This document shows positions 1 through 9,576 of a stretch of 24,404 bases of DNA, piece after piece. Made by a program: the position numbers and the translations under genes. The DNA comes from Candidatus Krumholzibacteriota bacterium (GTDB lineage Bacteria; Krumholzibacteriota; Krumholzibacteriia; Krumholzibacteriales; Krumholzibacteriaceae). The stretch covers positions 1-24,404 of the forward strand of contig JBFYZJ010000278.1 of the NCBI GenBank assembly GCA_041309565.1, in the 5' to 3' direction. Positions within the stretch are counted from its first letter, which is position 1. Every line of letters starts with the position of its first letter. The notes below the pieces were generated by a model, which was not told where the DNA came from, ran no database searches, and worked only from the letters and a program-made list of their open reading frames with translations.

Positions 1-2
1 AG

Positions 3-1391
3 CTCCAGCGCATGTCATATCTTCTCTATTTGCGGTACCTCGGCAATCAGACCGAGTCGCTCCTCCTCAAGCAGATGATCGATATCGCCGCCGCCGTCGA
101 GAACCGCTTCACGATCTACCGTCCCGTCATTTTCGGGAAGGATATGACGACGAACGACGTCTACCGGATCCTCGGCGAGGAGCGCAACAGCGCCCGCCGT
201 CGCGAGGCGTGGGAGGCGAGCAAGGGGGTCGGGCCGATCGTGCTCGACAGCCTGCTCCAGCTCGTGAAGCTCCGCAACGAATCGGCGAAGAAGGTCGGAT
301 TCGACAATTTCTACACGATGTCGCTCACGCTCGCCGAGCAGGACGAGGACGCGCTCGTGAAGCTCTTCGCCGAGCTCGACGAGCTGACCCGCGAGCCGTT
401 CCTCCTCATGAAGAACAAGCTCGACGCGGAGCTGGCGAACAGCTACAAAATCAAGGCCGCCGATCTGCGCCCCTGGCACTACCACGATCCGTATTTCCAG
501 GAGCTTCCGCAGGTCGGCGAGATCGATCTCGACCGATACTACAAGAGGACCGATCCGGTCGAGATCGCGAAGGTCTTCTTCGCCGGGATCGGCATGCCGG
601 TCGACGACATCCTCGGGCGGAGCGACCTCTACGAGAAGCAGGGCAAGAATCCGCACGCCTTCTGCACCGACATCGACCGCGGGCAGGATATCAGGATTCT
701 CGCCAACATGAAGGACAACGGGTACTGGATGGAGACGATTCTCCACGAGCTCGGGCACGGCGTTTACGACAAGAATCTCGACATGAATCTTCCGTTCCTC
801 CTGCGGACGTACCCGCACCTCTGCGTGACGGAGGCATCGGCCGAGTATTTCGGGCGCCTGTCGCACGATCCCGCGTGGATGAAAGCGGCGCTCGGCCTCG
901 GCGACGAGGATCTCGAAAAGGTCGCCCCCGTTCTCGCCGAGTCGCTGCGGATGAAGCAGCTCATCTTCGCGCGCTGGTCCCAGGTGATGTTCCACTTCGA
1001 GCGGGCGCTGTACAAGAATCCCGATCAAGACCTCAACGCGCTCTGGTGGGATCTCGTCGAGCGCTACCAGTTCGTGAAGCGTCCCGAGGGGCGGAACGCG
1101 CCCGACTGGGCGACGAAGATCCATATCGTCATGAGCCCGGTGTACTATCATAACTATCTGCTCGGCGAGCTCATCGCCTCCCAGCTCAAGCACCATATCG
1201 AAGCGACGGTGCTCGGCGGCGCGGAGGCTCCCGCCGGCATCTACGGCAACGCGGCGGTCGGCGCGTTCCTCAGGGATGCGGTCTATTCGAAGGGGGACGT
1301 CATGCCGTGGAACGAGCTCGTCGAGTCGGCGACCGGTGAGCCGCTCACGGCGAAGTACTTCGCGGAGCAGTTCGTGAAGGCCGTCAATTGA
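3..1391 (+). CDS. Zinc metallopeptidase, gluzincin M3/M2-like (oligopeptidase/peptidyl-dipeptidase type); 5'-truncated by window edge
   Basis: TILHELGH (HEXXH), downstream third ligand in CVTEASAEYF, C-terminal HIVMSPVYYHNY. The frame is open back to base 3, so ATG 12 is probably internal. Confidence 0.85.
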   Translation, partial: LQRMSYLLYLRYLGNQTESLLLKQMIDIAAAVENRFTIYRPVIFGKDMTTNDVYRILGEERNSARRREAWEASKGVGPIVLDSLLQLVKLRNESAKKVGFDNFYTMSLTLAEQDEDALVKLFAELDELTREPFLLMKNKLDAELANSYKIKAADLRPWHYHDPYFQELPQVGEIDLDRYYKRTDPVEIAKVFFAGIGMPVDDILGRSDLYEKQGKNPHAFCTDIDRGQDIRILANMKDNGYWMETILHELGHGVYDKNLDMNLPFLLRTYPHLCVTEASAEYFGRLSHDPAWMKAALGLGDEDLEKVAPVLAESLRMKQLIFARWSQVMFHFERALYKNPDQDLNALWWDLVERYQFVKRPEGRNAPDWATKIHIVMSPVYYHNYLLGELIASQLKHHIEATVLGGAEAPAGIYGNAAVGAFLRDAVYSKGDVMPWNELVESATGEPLTAKYFAEQFVKAVN

Positions 1392-2233
1392 TCTGGCTTC
1401 TCCCGGCGGCGCTCTGTTCGATTACGATCGCCCTCATCCTCAAGGTGAATGAGGGGAGGGGGGGGAGCCGCATTTTGATCGCCGGGGCGAACTACCTGTC
1501 CGCCTCGGCGATCTCCTTTTTCATGCTCGGCGGCCGCGTCCCCCATCCGGGGCAGGCGACGGCGTCGCTCGGAATCGCGGCGGGGGTCGTTTTCGTCCTC
1601 GGTTTCCTGCTCCTCATGGCCGCCATCGCGCGGCTGCCGCTCGCCGTGCCGGTCACGATCGCGCGCCTGTCGGTCGCGCTGCCGGTCGCCGTCGCCCTCC
1701 TGTTCTGGGGGGAGCGGCCCGGAATCTTCCAGTGGATCGGCCTGTCGCTCGGCCTCGTGGCCGTCCTGATCTTCGCCCGGAGCTTCTCCGGCCCGGCGCG
1801 CCTGTCGGCGGGGGGCACCGGGGGGGCGCTGATCGTTCCGGCGCTCTTCGTCGTGCTCGGGCTCGGCGACGTCGCGCTCAAGGCGTTCCGCGAGACGGCG
1901 CCGGACCTCGACCGGCTCGCGTTCACCTGGATCCTCTTTACCTCGGCTGCCGCCATCACGTGGATGCTCGTCGCGGTGCGCCGCGTGCGCATCGACGCGC
2001 GGACCCTCGCGCTCGGACTCGCCCTCGGCGTTCCCAACCTCTTCAGCACCGTCTTTACGCTGCTCGCGCTGCGCGACGTCCCCGCGTCGATCGCGTTCCC
2101 CTTCATCAATCTCACCGTCATCGTGGGATCCACCCTCGCCGGCCTCCTGCTCTGGAAGGAGCGGCTGCGCGGGGCGGGCGTAGCCGGGCTCGCCGTCGCC
2201 GCCGCGGCGATCGTGCTGCTCGCGATCCGCTGA
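1388..2233 (+). CDS. EamA/DMT family transporter
   Basis: 281 aa, about 10 hydrophobic helices in two repeats, each ending in a W(G/K)ER motif (LLFWGER, LLLWKERL). TTG start overlaps the peptidase TGA (TTGA). Confidence 0.8.
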   Translation: MIWLLPAALCSITIALILKVNEGRGGSRILIAGANYLSASAISFFMLGGRVPHPGQATASLGIAAGVVFVLGFLLLMAAIARLPLAVPVTIARLSVALPVAVALLFWGERPGIFQWIGLSLGLVAVLIFARSFSGPARLSAGGTGGALIVPALFVVLGLGDVALKAFRETAPDLDRLAFTWILFTSAAAITWMLVAVRRVRIDARTLALGLALGVPNLFSTVFTLLALRDVPASIAFPFINLTVIVGSTLAGLLLWKERLRGAGVAGLAVAAAAIVLLAIR

Positions 2234-2271
2234 CCGCGCCGGGCGGCCGTCCCGTTTCTTCGAAAAAAACC

Positions 2272-2301
2272 TTGCACTCCGGTCTCGTCCTCCGCTACGC
2301 T
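2272..2301 (+). promoter_or_regulatory. sigma70-type promoter of the pyr operon
   Basis: TTGCAC (2272-2277) - 18 nt - TACGCT (2296-2301), with an A/T-rich UP-like tract at 2255-2269. Predicted start near A2308, just upstream of the PyrR loop. Confidence 0.65.
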
Positions 2302-2316
2302 TCCGCCATCGAACGG

Positions 2317-3107
<791 letters not shown>

Positions 3108-3126
3108 CGGTCCGTTCTTCCGGGAG

Positions 3127-3167
3127 GCGGGGGAGCGGGGCGCCTTCGGCGGTCCCGTTTTCCCCGC
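3127..3167 (+). other. Long GC-rich intergenic stem-loop between pyrR and pyrB
   Basis: GCGGGGGA-GCGGGG-CGCC-TTC-GGCG-G-TCCCGT-T-TTCCCCGC, about 18 bp including G-U pairs; no downstream U tract. Confidence 0.5.
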
Positions 3168-3206
3168 GCCCGGCGGGCGCCGGTCACCGAAAGGGGGAGG
3201 CCCACC

Positions 3207-4157
3207 GTGCCGTTTAACAGAAAGCACCTTCTTGCCCTCGAGGAGCTCGCCGCCGAGGAAATCACGACGATCCTCGATACGGCCGACACGTTCAAGGAGA
3301 TCTCCGAGCGGCCGATCAAGAAGGTACCCGCCCTCAGGGGCAAAACGATCGCAAACCTCTTCTACGAGCCGAGCACGCGGACACGCATCAGCTTCGAGCT
3401 CGCCGAGAAGCGCCTGAGCGCCGACACGGTGAGCTTCTCGAAGGCGGGCTCGTCGGTGTCGAAGGGGGAGACGCTCCGCGACACCGTCGAGAACATCCGC
3501 GCGATGAAGGTCGACATGGTCGTCATGCGGCACGGCTCGTCGGGGGCGCACCGGTTCCTCGCGAATTTTCTCGACGCCTCGATCGTCAACGCGGGGGACG
3601 GGCAGCACGAGCATCCGACGCAGGGGCTCCTCGACATGATGACGATGCGCCAGCATCTCGGCGCGCTCGCCGGCAAGCGCGTGACGATCATCGGGGACAT
3701 CATGCACAGCCGCGTGGCGCGCTCGAACATCTGGGGGCTCACGAAGCTCGGCGCCGCGGTCACCGTGTGCGGGCCGTCGACGATGATGCCGGCCGAGATC
3801 GAGCGGCTCGGCGAGGGGGGCGTGACGGTCGAGTACGACATCCGCAAGGCGGTCGCCGAGGCGGACGCGATCAACATCCTCCGAATCCAGCTCGAGCGCC
3901 AGAAGGCCCGGCTCTTCCCGAGCATGCGGGAATATTTCGAAGTGTTCGGCGTGACGCCTGAAGTGCTCGAATCGGCCCCGGAGCACTGCATCGTCATGCA
4001 TCCCGGCCCGATGAACCGGGGAGTCGAAATCGCCCAGGAGATCGCGGACGGCGACCGCGCGGTCATTCTCGAACAGGTCACGAACGGCGTCGCGGTGCGC
4101 ATGGCGGTGCTCTTCCTCGTCGCGGGGGGCAGCTTCGACTCGGGGCCGCTCGAATAG
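3207..4157 (+). CDS. pyrB: Aspartate carbamoyltransferase catalytic subunit
   Basis: FYEPSTRTRISFE, DGQHEHPTQGLLD, HPGPMNRG; GGAGG RBS 3196-3200 before GTG. Confidence 0.97.
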   Translation: MPFNRKHLLALEELAAEEITTILDTADTFKEISERPIKKVPALRGKTIANLFYEPSTRTRISFELAEKRLSADTVSFSKAGSSVSKGETLRDTVENIRAMKVDMVVMRHGSSGAHRFLANFLDASIVNAGDGQHEHPTQGLLDMMTMRQHLGALAGKRVTIIGDIMHSRVARSNIWGLTKLGAAVTVCGPSTMMPAEIERLGEGGVTVEYDIRKAVAEADAINILRIQLERQKARLFPSMREYFEVFGVTPEVLESAPEHCIVMHPGPMNRGVEIAQEIADGDRAVILEQVTNGVAVRMAVLFLVAGGSFDSGPLE

Positions 4158-4185
4158 CGGCAGGCTTTTGCATAGAGGAGATTCA

Positions 4186-5484
4186 ATGATCGACTGGAAG
4201 GACAAACGGGAATTCTGGATCGCGGGCGGGAAGATCGCCGATCCCGAGACGGAGCGGCTCCGCGTCGGCTCCGTATGCGTGCAGAAGGGGAAGATCACCG
4301 ATATCGTCTGGCAGAAGAGCGTCGAAACGGACCTCCCCGTGCTCGACGCCGAGCGCTGCGTGCTGGCGCCCGGCTTCGTCGATCTCCACACGCATCTCCG
4401 GGAGCCCGGCTTCGAGGAGAAGGAGACGATCGAGACCGGATCGGCCGCCGCGGCGGCGGGCGGGTACACGAGCGTCGTCTGCATGGCGAACACGAATCCC
4501 GCCGTCGACGATCCGAGCGTCGTCGAGTACATCGCCTGCCGCGCCCGGGAAACGGGGCGCTGCCGCGTGTTCGTCGCGGGCGCGCTCACGAAGGGTCGCC
4601 TCGGGGAAATCATCAACGAGTACTATCACCTCAAGCGCGCGGGAGTCGTCGCGCTGAGCGACGACGGCGCCTGGGTGACGAACAGCCAGGTGATGCGCAG
4701 CGGGCTCGAGTACGCGGATCTCCACGCGCTCCCCGTCATTTCCCACTGCGAGGATTCGTTCCTCGCGCAGGCGTCGCAGATGAACGAGGGCTACACCTCG
4801 ACGCGCCTCGGGCTCAAAGGCTCGCCCGCCGCCGCCGAGGAGATCGCCGTCTCGCGCGATCTCGCGCTCGCCCAGCTCACCGGCGCGCGGCTCCATGTCG
4901 CGCACGTGTCGACGGCCGGCGCCGTCGAGCTCGTGCGGCGGGCCAAGAAGAAGGGCGTCCGCGTCACCGCCGAAGCGACGCCGCACCACCTCACGTTCGA
5001 CGACCGTCTCCTCGACGGCTACGATCCGAATTTCAAGGTGAATCCCCCGCTCCGGAGCGCGAAGGATGTCGAGGCGCTCCGCGCGGGGCTCCTCGACGGC
5101 ACCATCGACTGCGTCGCCACCGATCACGCCCCCCACAGCGAGATCGAGAAGGACGTCGAGTTCGACGAGGCGCCCGCCGGCATGATCGGGCTCGAGACGG
5201 CGTTCGCCCATCTTTACACGGAGCTCGTCGTGAAGGGCGTTCTCGACCTGCTCGATCTCGTGAAGCTCCTGACGATCAAGCCCGCGGCCGCGCTGGGGCT
5301 CCCCGGGGGCCGCATCGCGCGGGAAGGCCCGGCCGATCTCGTGCTCATCGATCCGGCCGAGGAATGGACCTTCGAAAAGCGGCTCATCCGCTCGAGATCG
5401 AAGAACACGCCGCTCATCGGCGCCCGCTTCACCGGGCGCGTGCAGGGTGTGTTCCTCGAGGGGAGATGGCAGAGCGCCGTCTGA
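4186..5484 (+). CDS. pyrC: Dihydroorotase (type I, multifunctional-complex type)
   Basis: DLHTHLREPG, LSDDG, SHCED, HVAHVST, ATDHAPH: metal ligands and catalytic Asp intact. RBS GAGGAG 4175-4180 favours ATG 4186 (432 aa). Confidence 0.96.
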   Translation: MIDWKDKREFWIAGGKIADPETERLRVGSVCVQKGKITDIVWQKSVETDLPVLDAERCVLAPGFVDLHTHLREPGFEEKETIETGSAAAAAGGYTSVVCMANTNPAVDDPSVVEYIACRARETGRCRVFVAGALTKGRLGEIINEYYHLKRAGVVALSDDGAWVTNSQVMRSGLEYADLHALPVISHCEDSFLAQASQMNEGYTSTRLGLKGSPAAAEEIAVSRDLALAQLTGARLHVAHVSTAGAVELVRRAKKKGVRVTAEATPHHLTFDDRLLDGYDPNFKVNPPLRSAKDVEALRAGLLDGTIDCVATDHAPHSEIEKDVEFDEAPAGMIGLETAFAHLYTELVVKGVLDLLDLVKLLTIKPAAALGLPGGRIAREGPADLVLIDPAEEWTFEKRLIRSRSKNTPLIGARFTGRVQGVFLEGRWQSAV

Positions 5485-5497
5485 GAGGACAATCGCC

Positions 5498-7117
5498 ATG
5501 CGCCTGCACGCGACTCGCATCACCCGCGCCCTCGCCGTCTCCGCGCTCGTCGCCGCGGCGTCGATGCCGTCGTGCGCCTATTTCAACACGCTCTACAACG
5601 CGCGCCGAATCTACGGGGAGGCGGAGAAGACGACGACGGCCGACACCGGCGCCCGCGAGCAGCGCGACAAGTATAAACAGGTCGTGCAGAAATGCGCACA
5701 GATGATCCAGGACCATCCGAAGAGCCGCTGGGTGGACGACGCGATGTTCCTCATGGGGAAAGCGCTCGTCAGGCAGGAGGAGTACGACAAGGCGATACGG
5801 ACGTTCCAGGAGATCCAGACGAATTTCCCGCAGAGCGATTACGTTCCTCATTCGATCTACTGGCTCGCGCTCGCCTATCATCTGAAGGGGGACGACGCGC
5901 AGGCGCTCGCGGCGGTCGATCGGTTTCTCGCTGAGTATCCCCGGCACGAGCTGCGTTTCGACGCCCTGTTCCTCGGCGGCGACGGCAAGCGCGCCCTCGA
6001 GGATTACGACGGAGCGCTCGAATACTACGGGATCGTCGCTTCCGAAGCGAGCAAGAAGGAGATCGTGGACGAGTCGCGGCTCAAGAGCGCCGAGCTCTTC
6101 CGCAGCCGCGGGGAATGGGACAAAGCGGCGGAGAGTTACCGCTTGGTATTGCGCAAGGGCCTCCCGTGGGAGCGGCGATACGAGATATCGCTCGCGCTCG
6201 GTGAATGCCTCACGATGACCGGCGCGTGCGCCGAGGCGCTCGCCATCTTCGACGAGCTCATTCCGAAGACGACCGTGACGCTCGAGATGCCGCCGCTTCT
6301 GCTCGGGAGGGCCGCGAGCTACGAATGCATGGATTCCATCCCCCGGGCGCTCGATGAGTACCGGGTCATCGGGACGAAGTACCCGAAGTCGGCTTTTTCC
6401 GCCGAAGCGAACTATCGCATGGGAATCATCTACCAGGAGCGGCTCGATTCGCTGCGGCTCGCCGCCGACGCGTTCGCCAAAGTGGGGGGGGAGTACGCGA
6501 ACTCGGAGTTCGCCGCCGTTTCCCTCGAGCGGAGCAGCAGCATCAAGCGTCTCCTCGAGCTGCAGCAAGCGGGGGGCGCGGGGGAGAGCGCCGAGCAGGC
6601 CGCGAACAAACGCTTCATGGCCGCCGAGATCCAGCTGACCCGGCTCGGGGATATTCCGACGGCCCTCGTCGGCTACCAGGCCGTGCTCGACAGCTTTCCC
6701 GGAACGTCCGCCGCGCCCAAGGCGGCGTACGCGATCGCGTGGATCCGCGGGAACGAGCTCGACGAGGGGGACGCGGCGATCGAGAGCTGGCGTCTCCTCG
6801 TCGAGCGCTATCCGCGCTCGTATCAGGCGAAGGGAGCGCTCGGCCAGCTCAGGAGCGCCGGCGCCGATTCCCTCGCGGCGCGCCTCGAGGCGTACCGGGA
6901 TTCGGCGCTCGCCGATACGGCGCACGCGGAACCGCCGCTTGCCGGCGCGGCGAGCGCAGACACCGCGCGTGCCGATACGCTCCGTGCGGGTCCGGCGCCG
7001 GCGGACACGGTGCGGGCCGATGCGCCTCGGGCGGGCCCGGCGCTCGCGGACACGACGCGCGTCGACACGATGCGCGTGGACACGCTGCGCGCACCGGGGG
7101 AGAGGGGTGTGCGATGA
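5498..7117 (+). CDS. Tetratricopeptide-repeat lipoprotein (SprE/PorW- or BamD-like)
   Basis: Basic N-region plus hydrophobic stretch then Cys26 (atypical lipobox MPSC), followed by CAYFNTLYNA, HPKSRWVDDAMFLMGKA and many TPR helix pairs ending in YP/FP motifs. RBS GAGGA 5485-5489; 539 aa. Confidence 0.8.
   Translation: MRLHATRITRALAVSALVAAASMPSCAYFNTLYNARRIYGEAEKTTTADTGAREQRDKYKQVVQKCAQMIQDHPKSRWVDDAMFLMGKALVRQEEYDKAIRTFQEIQTNFPQSDYVPHSIYWLALAYHLKGDDAQALAAVDRFLAEYPRHELRFDALFLGGDGKRALEDYDGALEYYGIVASEASKKEIVDESRLKSAELFRSRGEWDKAAESYRLVLRKGLPWERRYEISLALGECLTMTGACAEALAIFDELIPKTTVTLEMPPLLLGRAASYECMDSIPRALDEYRVIGTKYPKSAFSAEANYRMGIIYQERLDSLRLAADAFAKVGGEYANSEFAAVSLERSSSIKRLLELQQAGGAGESAEQAANKRFMAAEIQLTRLGDIPTALVGYQAVLDSFPGTSAAPKAAYAIAWIRGNELDEGDAAIESWRLLVERYPRSYQAKGALGQLRSAGADSLAARLEAYRDSALADTAHAEPPLAGAASADTARADTLRAGPAPADTVRADAPRAGPALADTTRVDTMRVDTLRAPGERGVR
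6911..7090 (+). repeat. Degenerate pentapeptide repeats (A/V)D(T/A)x(R/H) in the TPR protein C-terminal tail
   Basis: ADTAH, ADTAR, ADTLR, ADTVR, ADAPR, ADTTR, VDTMR, VDTLR in an Ala/Pro/Gly-rich low-complexity tail. Confidence 0.8.
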
Positions 7118-7932
7118 AGCGGGATCGCAGAGGCTGTTTCAGCGCCGCGCTGAAAAGAAACACGCGCGTATCCCCGTCCTGTTCCCTGCTCGTGCTCGAG
7201 CGGCCGGACGGTTTTCCCGACGCGCGGCCCGGTCAGTTCGTCTCGATACGGGTCGCCGATTCGCCGGTGCCGCTTCTGCGGCGGCCGTACAGCATCATGG
7301 ATTGCTCGCCGAGAACGATCTCGCTCCTCGTCAAGGCGGTCGGACGCGGCTCGTCGTCGATCGCCGCGCGGAAGCCGGGGGACGCGCTCGACATCATGGG
7401 CCCGCTCGGCGGATCGTCGTTTCCCGAGCCCGACGGGGCGCCGGCGATATTCGTCGCCGGGGGAACGGGACTCGCGCCGCTCCTCTTCGCCGCCCGCGCG
7501 TGGCGTCGGAGGCGCGTCGCGGGGAAGATCGTCATGCTCTACGGAGCGGGGAGCCGCGGCGAGCTGCTCCGCGATCTGGTGAAGGGGGAATTCTCCTCTC
7601 GCGCGTTCGCCACGCTCGACGGCTCATCGGGTTTTCACGGTGACGTCGTGGCGCTGTGCCGCTCGCTCGTCCGCGACAGGCGGCTTCCCGCCGGCGGAAC
7701 GCTCTACTCGTGCGGGCCCCGCGGCATGGTCCGCGCGCTCGAAGAGGAGGTTCGCGGCGCGTTCCGCGCCCATTACACGTCGCTCGAATCGGTCATGGCG
7801 TGCGGCGTCGGCGCGTGCCGCGGCTGCGTGGTGCCCGTCGGGAAAAAGGGAGCGACCGTGCTCAGGACCGTGTGCAACGACGGCACGGTCTTCGACGCGG
7901 CCGATATCGCCTGGGAGGAGTGGGAGGAATGA
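7114..7932 (+). CDS. pyrK: Dihydroorotate dehydrogenase electron transfer subunit (FAD, 2Fe-2S)
   Basis: PGQFV, LRRPYSI, AGGTGLAP, CGPRGM, MACGVGACRGC...VC (four Cys). ATGA overlaps on both sides; 272 aa. Confidence 0.93.
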   Translation: MKRDRRGCFSAALKRNTRVSPSCSLLVLERPDGFPDARPGQFVSIRVADSPVPLLRRPYSIMDCSPRTISLLVKAVGRGSSSIAARKPGDALDIMGPLGGSSFPEPDGAPAIFVAGGTGLAPLLFAARAWRRRRVAGKIVMLYGAGSRGELLRDLVKGEFSSRAFATLDGSSGFHGDVVALCRSLVRDRRLPAGGTLYSCGPRGMVRALEEEVRGAFRAHYTSLESVMACGVGACRGCVVPVGKKGATVLRTVCNDGTVFDAADIAWEEWEE

Positions 7933-8840
7933 AGCAGCGCGCGGCGCGATTCTCGATCGGTCCCGTCGCATTCAGGAACCGCGTGTTTCTCGCCTCCGGT
8001 CCGGCGGGCTACGGCGTCGAGTACGCCGATTTCATCAGGCTCGACCGGCTCGGGGGCGTCGTCACGAAAACGATCACACTCCGTCCGCGGGCCGGCAATC
8101 CCGGCCGGCGCCTTTGGGAGACGAGCGCGGGGCTCCTCAACAGCATCGGGCTCGAGAACGTGGGGGCGGTCGTCTTCTTCGCCGAGAAGCTCCCGGCGCT
8201 CGCCGCCGCCGGCGCGAAGCCCGTCGTGAGCCTCGGCGCCGAGGATTGGGACGATTACCGCCGGCTCCTCGACGCCGCAGCCGGCTGCGGCGGCGCCGAC
8301 GCGTTCGAGATCAACCTCTCGTGCCCGAACGTCGAGCGGGGGGGCATGGCGGTGGGGAGCGATCCCGAGCTGTTGGCGAAATACGTGCGCCGCGCCGTCG
8401 AAACGCTCGAGGGGCGTGCCGTCATCGCGAAGCTCACGCCGAACGTGAGCGACGTCGCCGTTCTCGCCAAAGCGGCGGCCTCCGCGGGGGCGCACGCGCT
8501 CACCGCGATCAACACGGTCGTCGGCGCCGATCTGTGCCCCGATCTCCGCGCGCCCGTGTTCCGGCGCGTGAGGGCGGGCCTGTCCGGGCCGGCGATCCTC
8601 CCGGTGGCGCTCGATGCCGTCTGGAAGATCGCGCGCGCCGTCGATATCCCCGTCATCGGCTCGGGCGGCGTGTCGAGCGTGGATGACGCCGGGAAATTCT
8701 TCGCGGCGGGAGCCGCGGCCGTGCAGGTCGGCACGGCGATCTTCGCCGATCCGGGTCTGCCCGAGCGCATCGCCGCCTCGCTCGCGAGGCGGGGGATCCC
8801 GCGGGCCATCGGCGCGAAACCGTCATCGAAGGAGTGCTGA
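7929..8840 (+). CDS. pyrD: Dihydroorotate dehydrogenase family 1B catalytic subunit
   Basis: KTIT, NSIGLEN, EINLSCPNV (catalytic Cys), KLTPN, GLSGPAI, GSGG, QVGTA. ATG 7929 overlaps the pyrK stop; 303 aa. Confidence 0.95.
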   Translation: MKQRAARFSIGPVAFRNRVFLASGPAGYGVEYADFIRLDRLGGVVTKTITLRPRAGNPGRRLWETSAGLLNSIGLENVGAVVFFAEKLPALAAAGAKPVVSLGAEDWDDYRRLLDAAAGCGGADAFEINLSCPNVERGGMAVGSDPELLAKYVRRAVETLEGRAVIAKLTPNVSDVAVLAKAAASAGAHALTAINTVVGADLCPDLRAPVFRRVRAGLSGPAILPVALDAVWKIARAVDIPVIGSGGVSSVDDAGKFFAAGAAAVQVGTAIFADPGLPERIAASLARRGIPRAIGAKPSSKEC

Positions 8841-9569
8841 ATGAACGCCCCGTCGAACAGCCCCGCCGTCATCGTCGCGCTCGACGTCGAGGAGCGCTCG
8901 AAGGCGCGCGATCTCGTCGCCGCGTGCGGGGACGCGATCCGCTGGTACAAGATCGGAAGCCGTCTCTTCACCGCCGAGGGTCCCGGAATCGTCGGAGAGA
9001 TCAGGGCGCTCGGCGCCTCCGTGTTTCTCGATCTCAAGTTCCACGACATTCCGGCGACCGTCGAGGGGGCCGTGCGCGCCGCGACGGCGCTCGGCGCGTC
9101 GATGATGACGATCCACACCTCGGGAGGCGTCGAGATGATGCGCGCGGCGTCGCGGGCCGCGGCGGCCGAATCGCAGCGCCTCGGCGTCGCGCGGCCGCTC
9201 GTCGTCGGCGTCACCGTGCTGACGAGCCTCTCCGGGGACGATCTTTCGCGCACCTTCGGCACGACGGGAGCGGTGCGCGATCTGGTCATGCGTCTCGCGG
9301 CTCAAGCGCGCGAGGCGGGGCTCGACGGCATCGTCGCCTCGGTCGAGGAAGCGCGCGCGGTCAAGGAGTCGCTCGGCGCCGGATTCAAGGTCGTCACGCC
9401 GGGCATCCGGCCGGCCGGCGCAGGGGCGGGGGATCAGAAGCGCGTGGCGACGCCGCGCGCGGCCCGCGACGCGGGAAGCGATTTCCTCGTCGTCGGCCGT
9501 CCGATCATCGAGGCGGACTCGCCGCGCGAGGCGGCGGAGCGCATTCTCGATGAATTGAAAGCGAGGTAA
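8841..9569 (+). CDS. pyrF: Orotidine-5'-phosphate decarboxylase
   Basis: VALD, FLDLKFHDIP (DxKxxD), GVTVLTS, VTPGIRP, DQKRVATP, VVGRPI. Confidence 0.96.
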   Translation: MNAPSNSPAVIVALDVEERSKARDLVAACGDAIRWYKIGSRLFTAEGPGIVGEIRALGASVFLDLKFHDIPATVEGAVRAATALGASMMTIHTSGGVEMMRAASRAAAAESQRLGVARPLVVGVTVLTSLSGDDLSRTFGTTGAVRDLVMRLAAQAREAGLDGIVASVEEARAVKESLGAGFKVVTPGIRPAGAGAGDQKRVATPRAARDAGSDFLVVGRPIIEADSPREAAERILDELKAR

Positions 9570-9576
9570 CGAGGCG

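Noticed and set aside
4186-5484. Inactive PyrC' scaffold for PyrB (no pyrI present)
   Set aside because: All metal ligands and the catalytic Asp are present; pyrB-pyrC without pyrI is a common arrangement.
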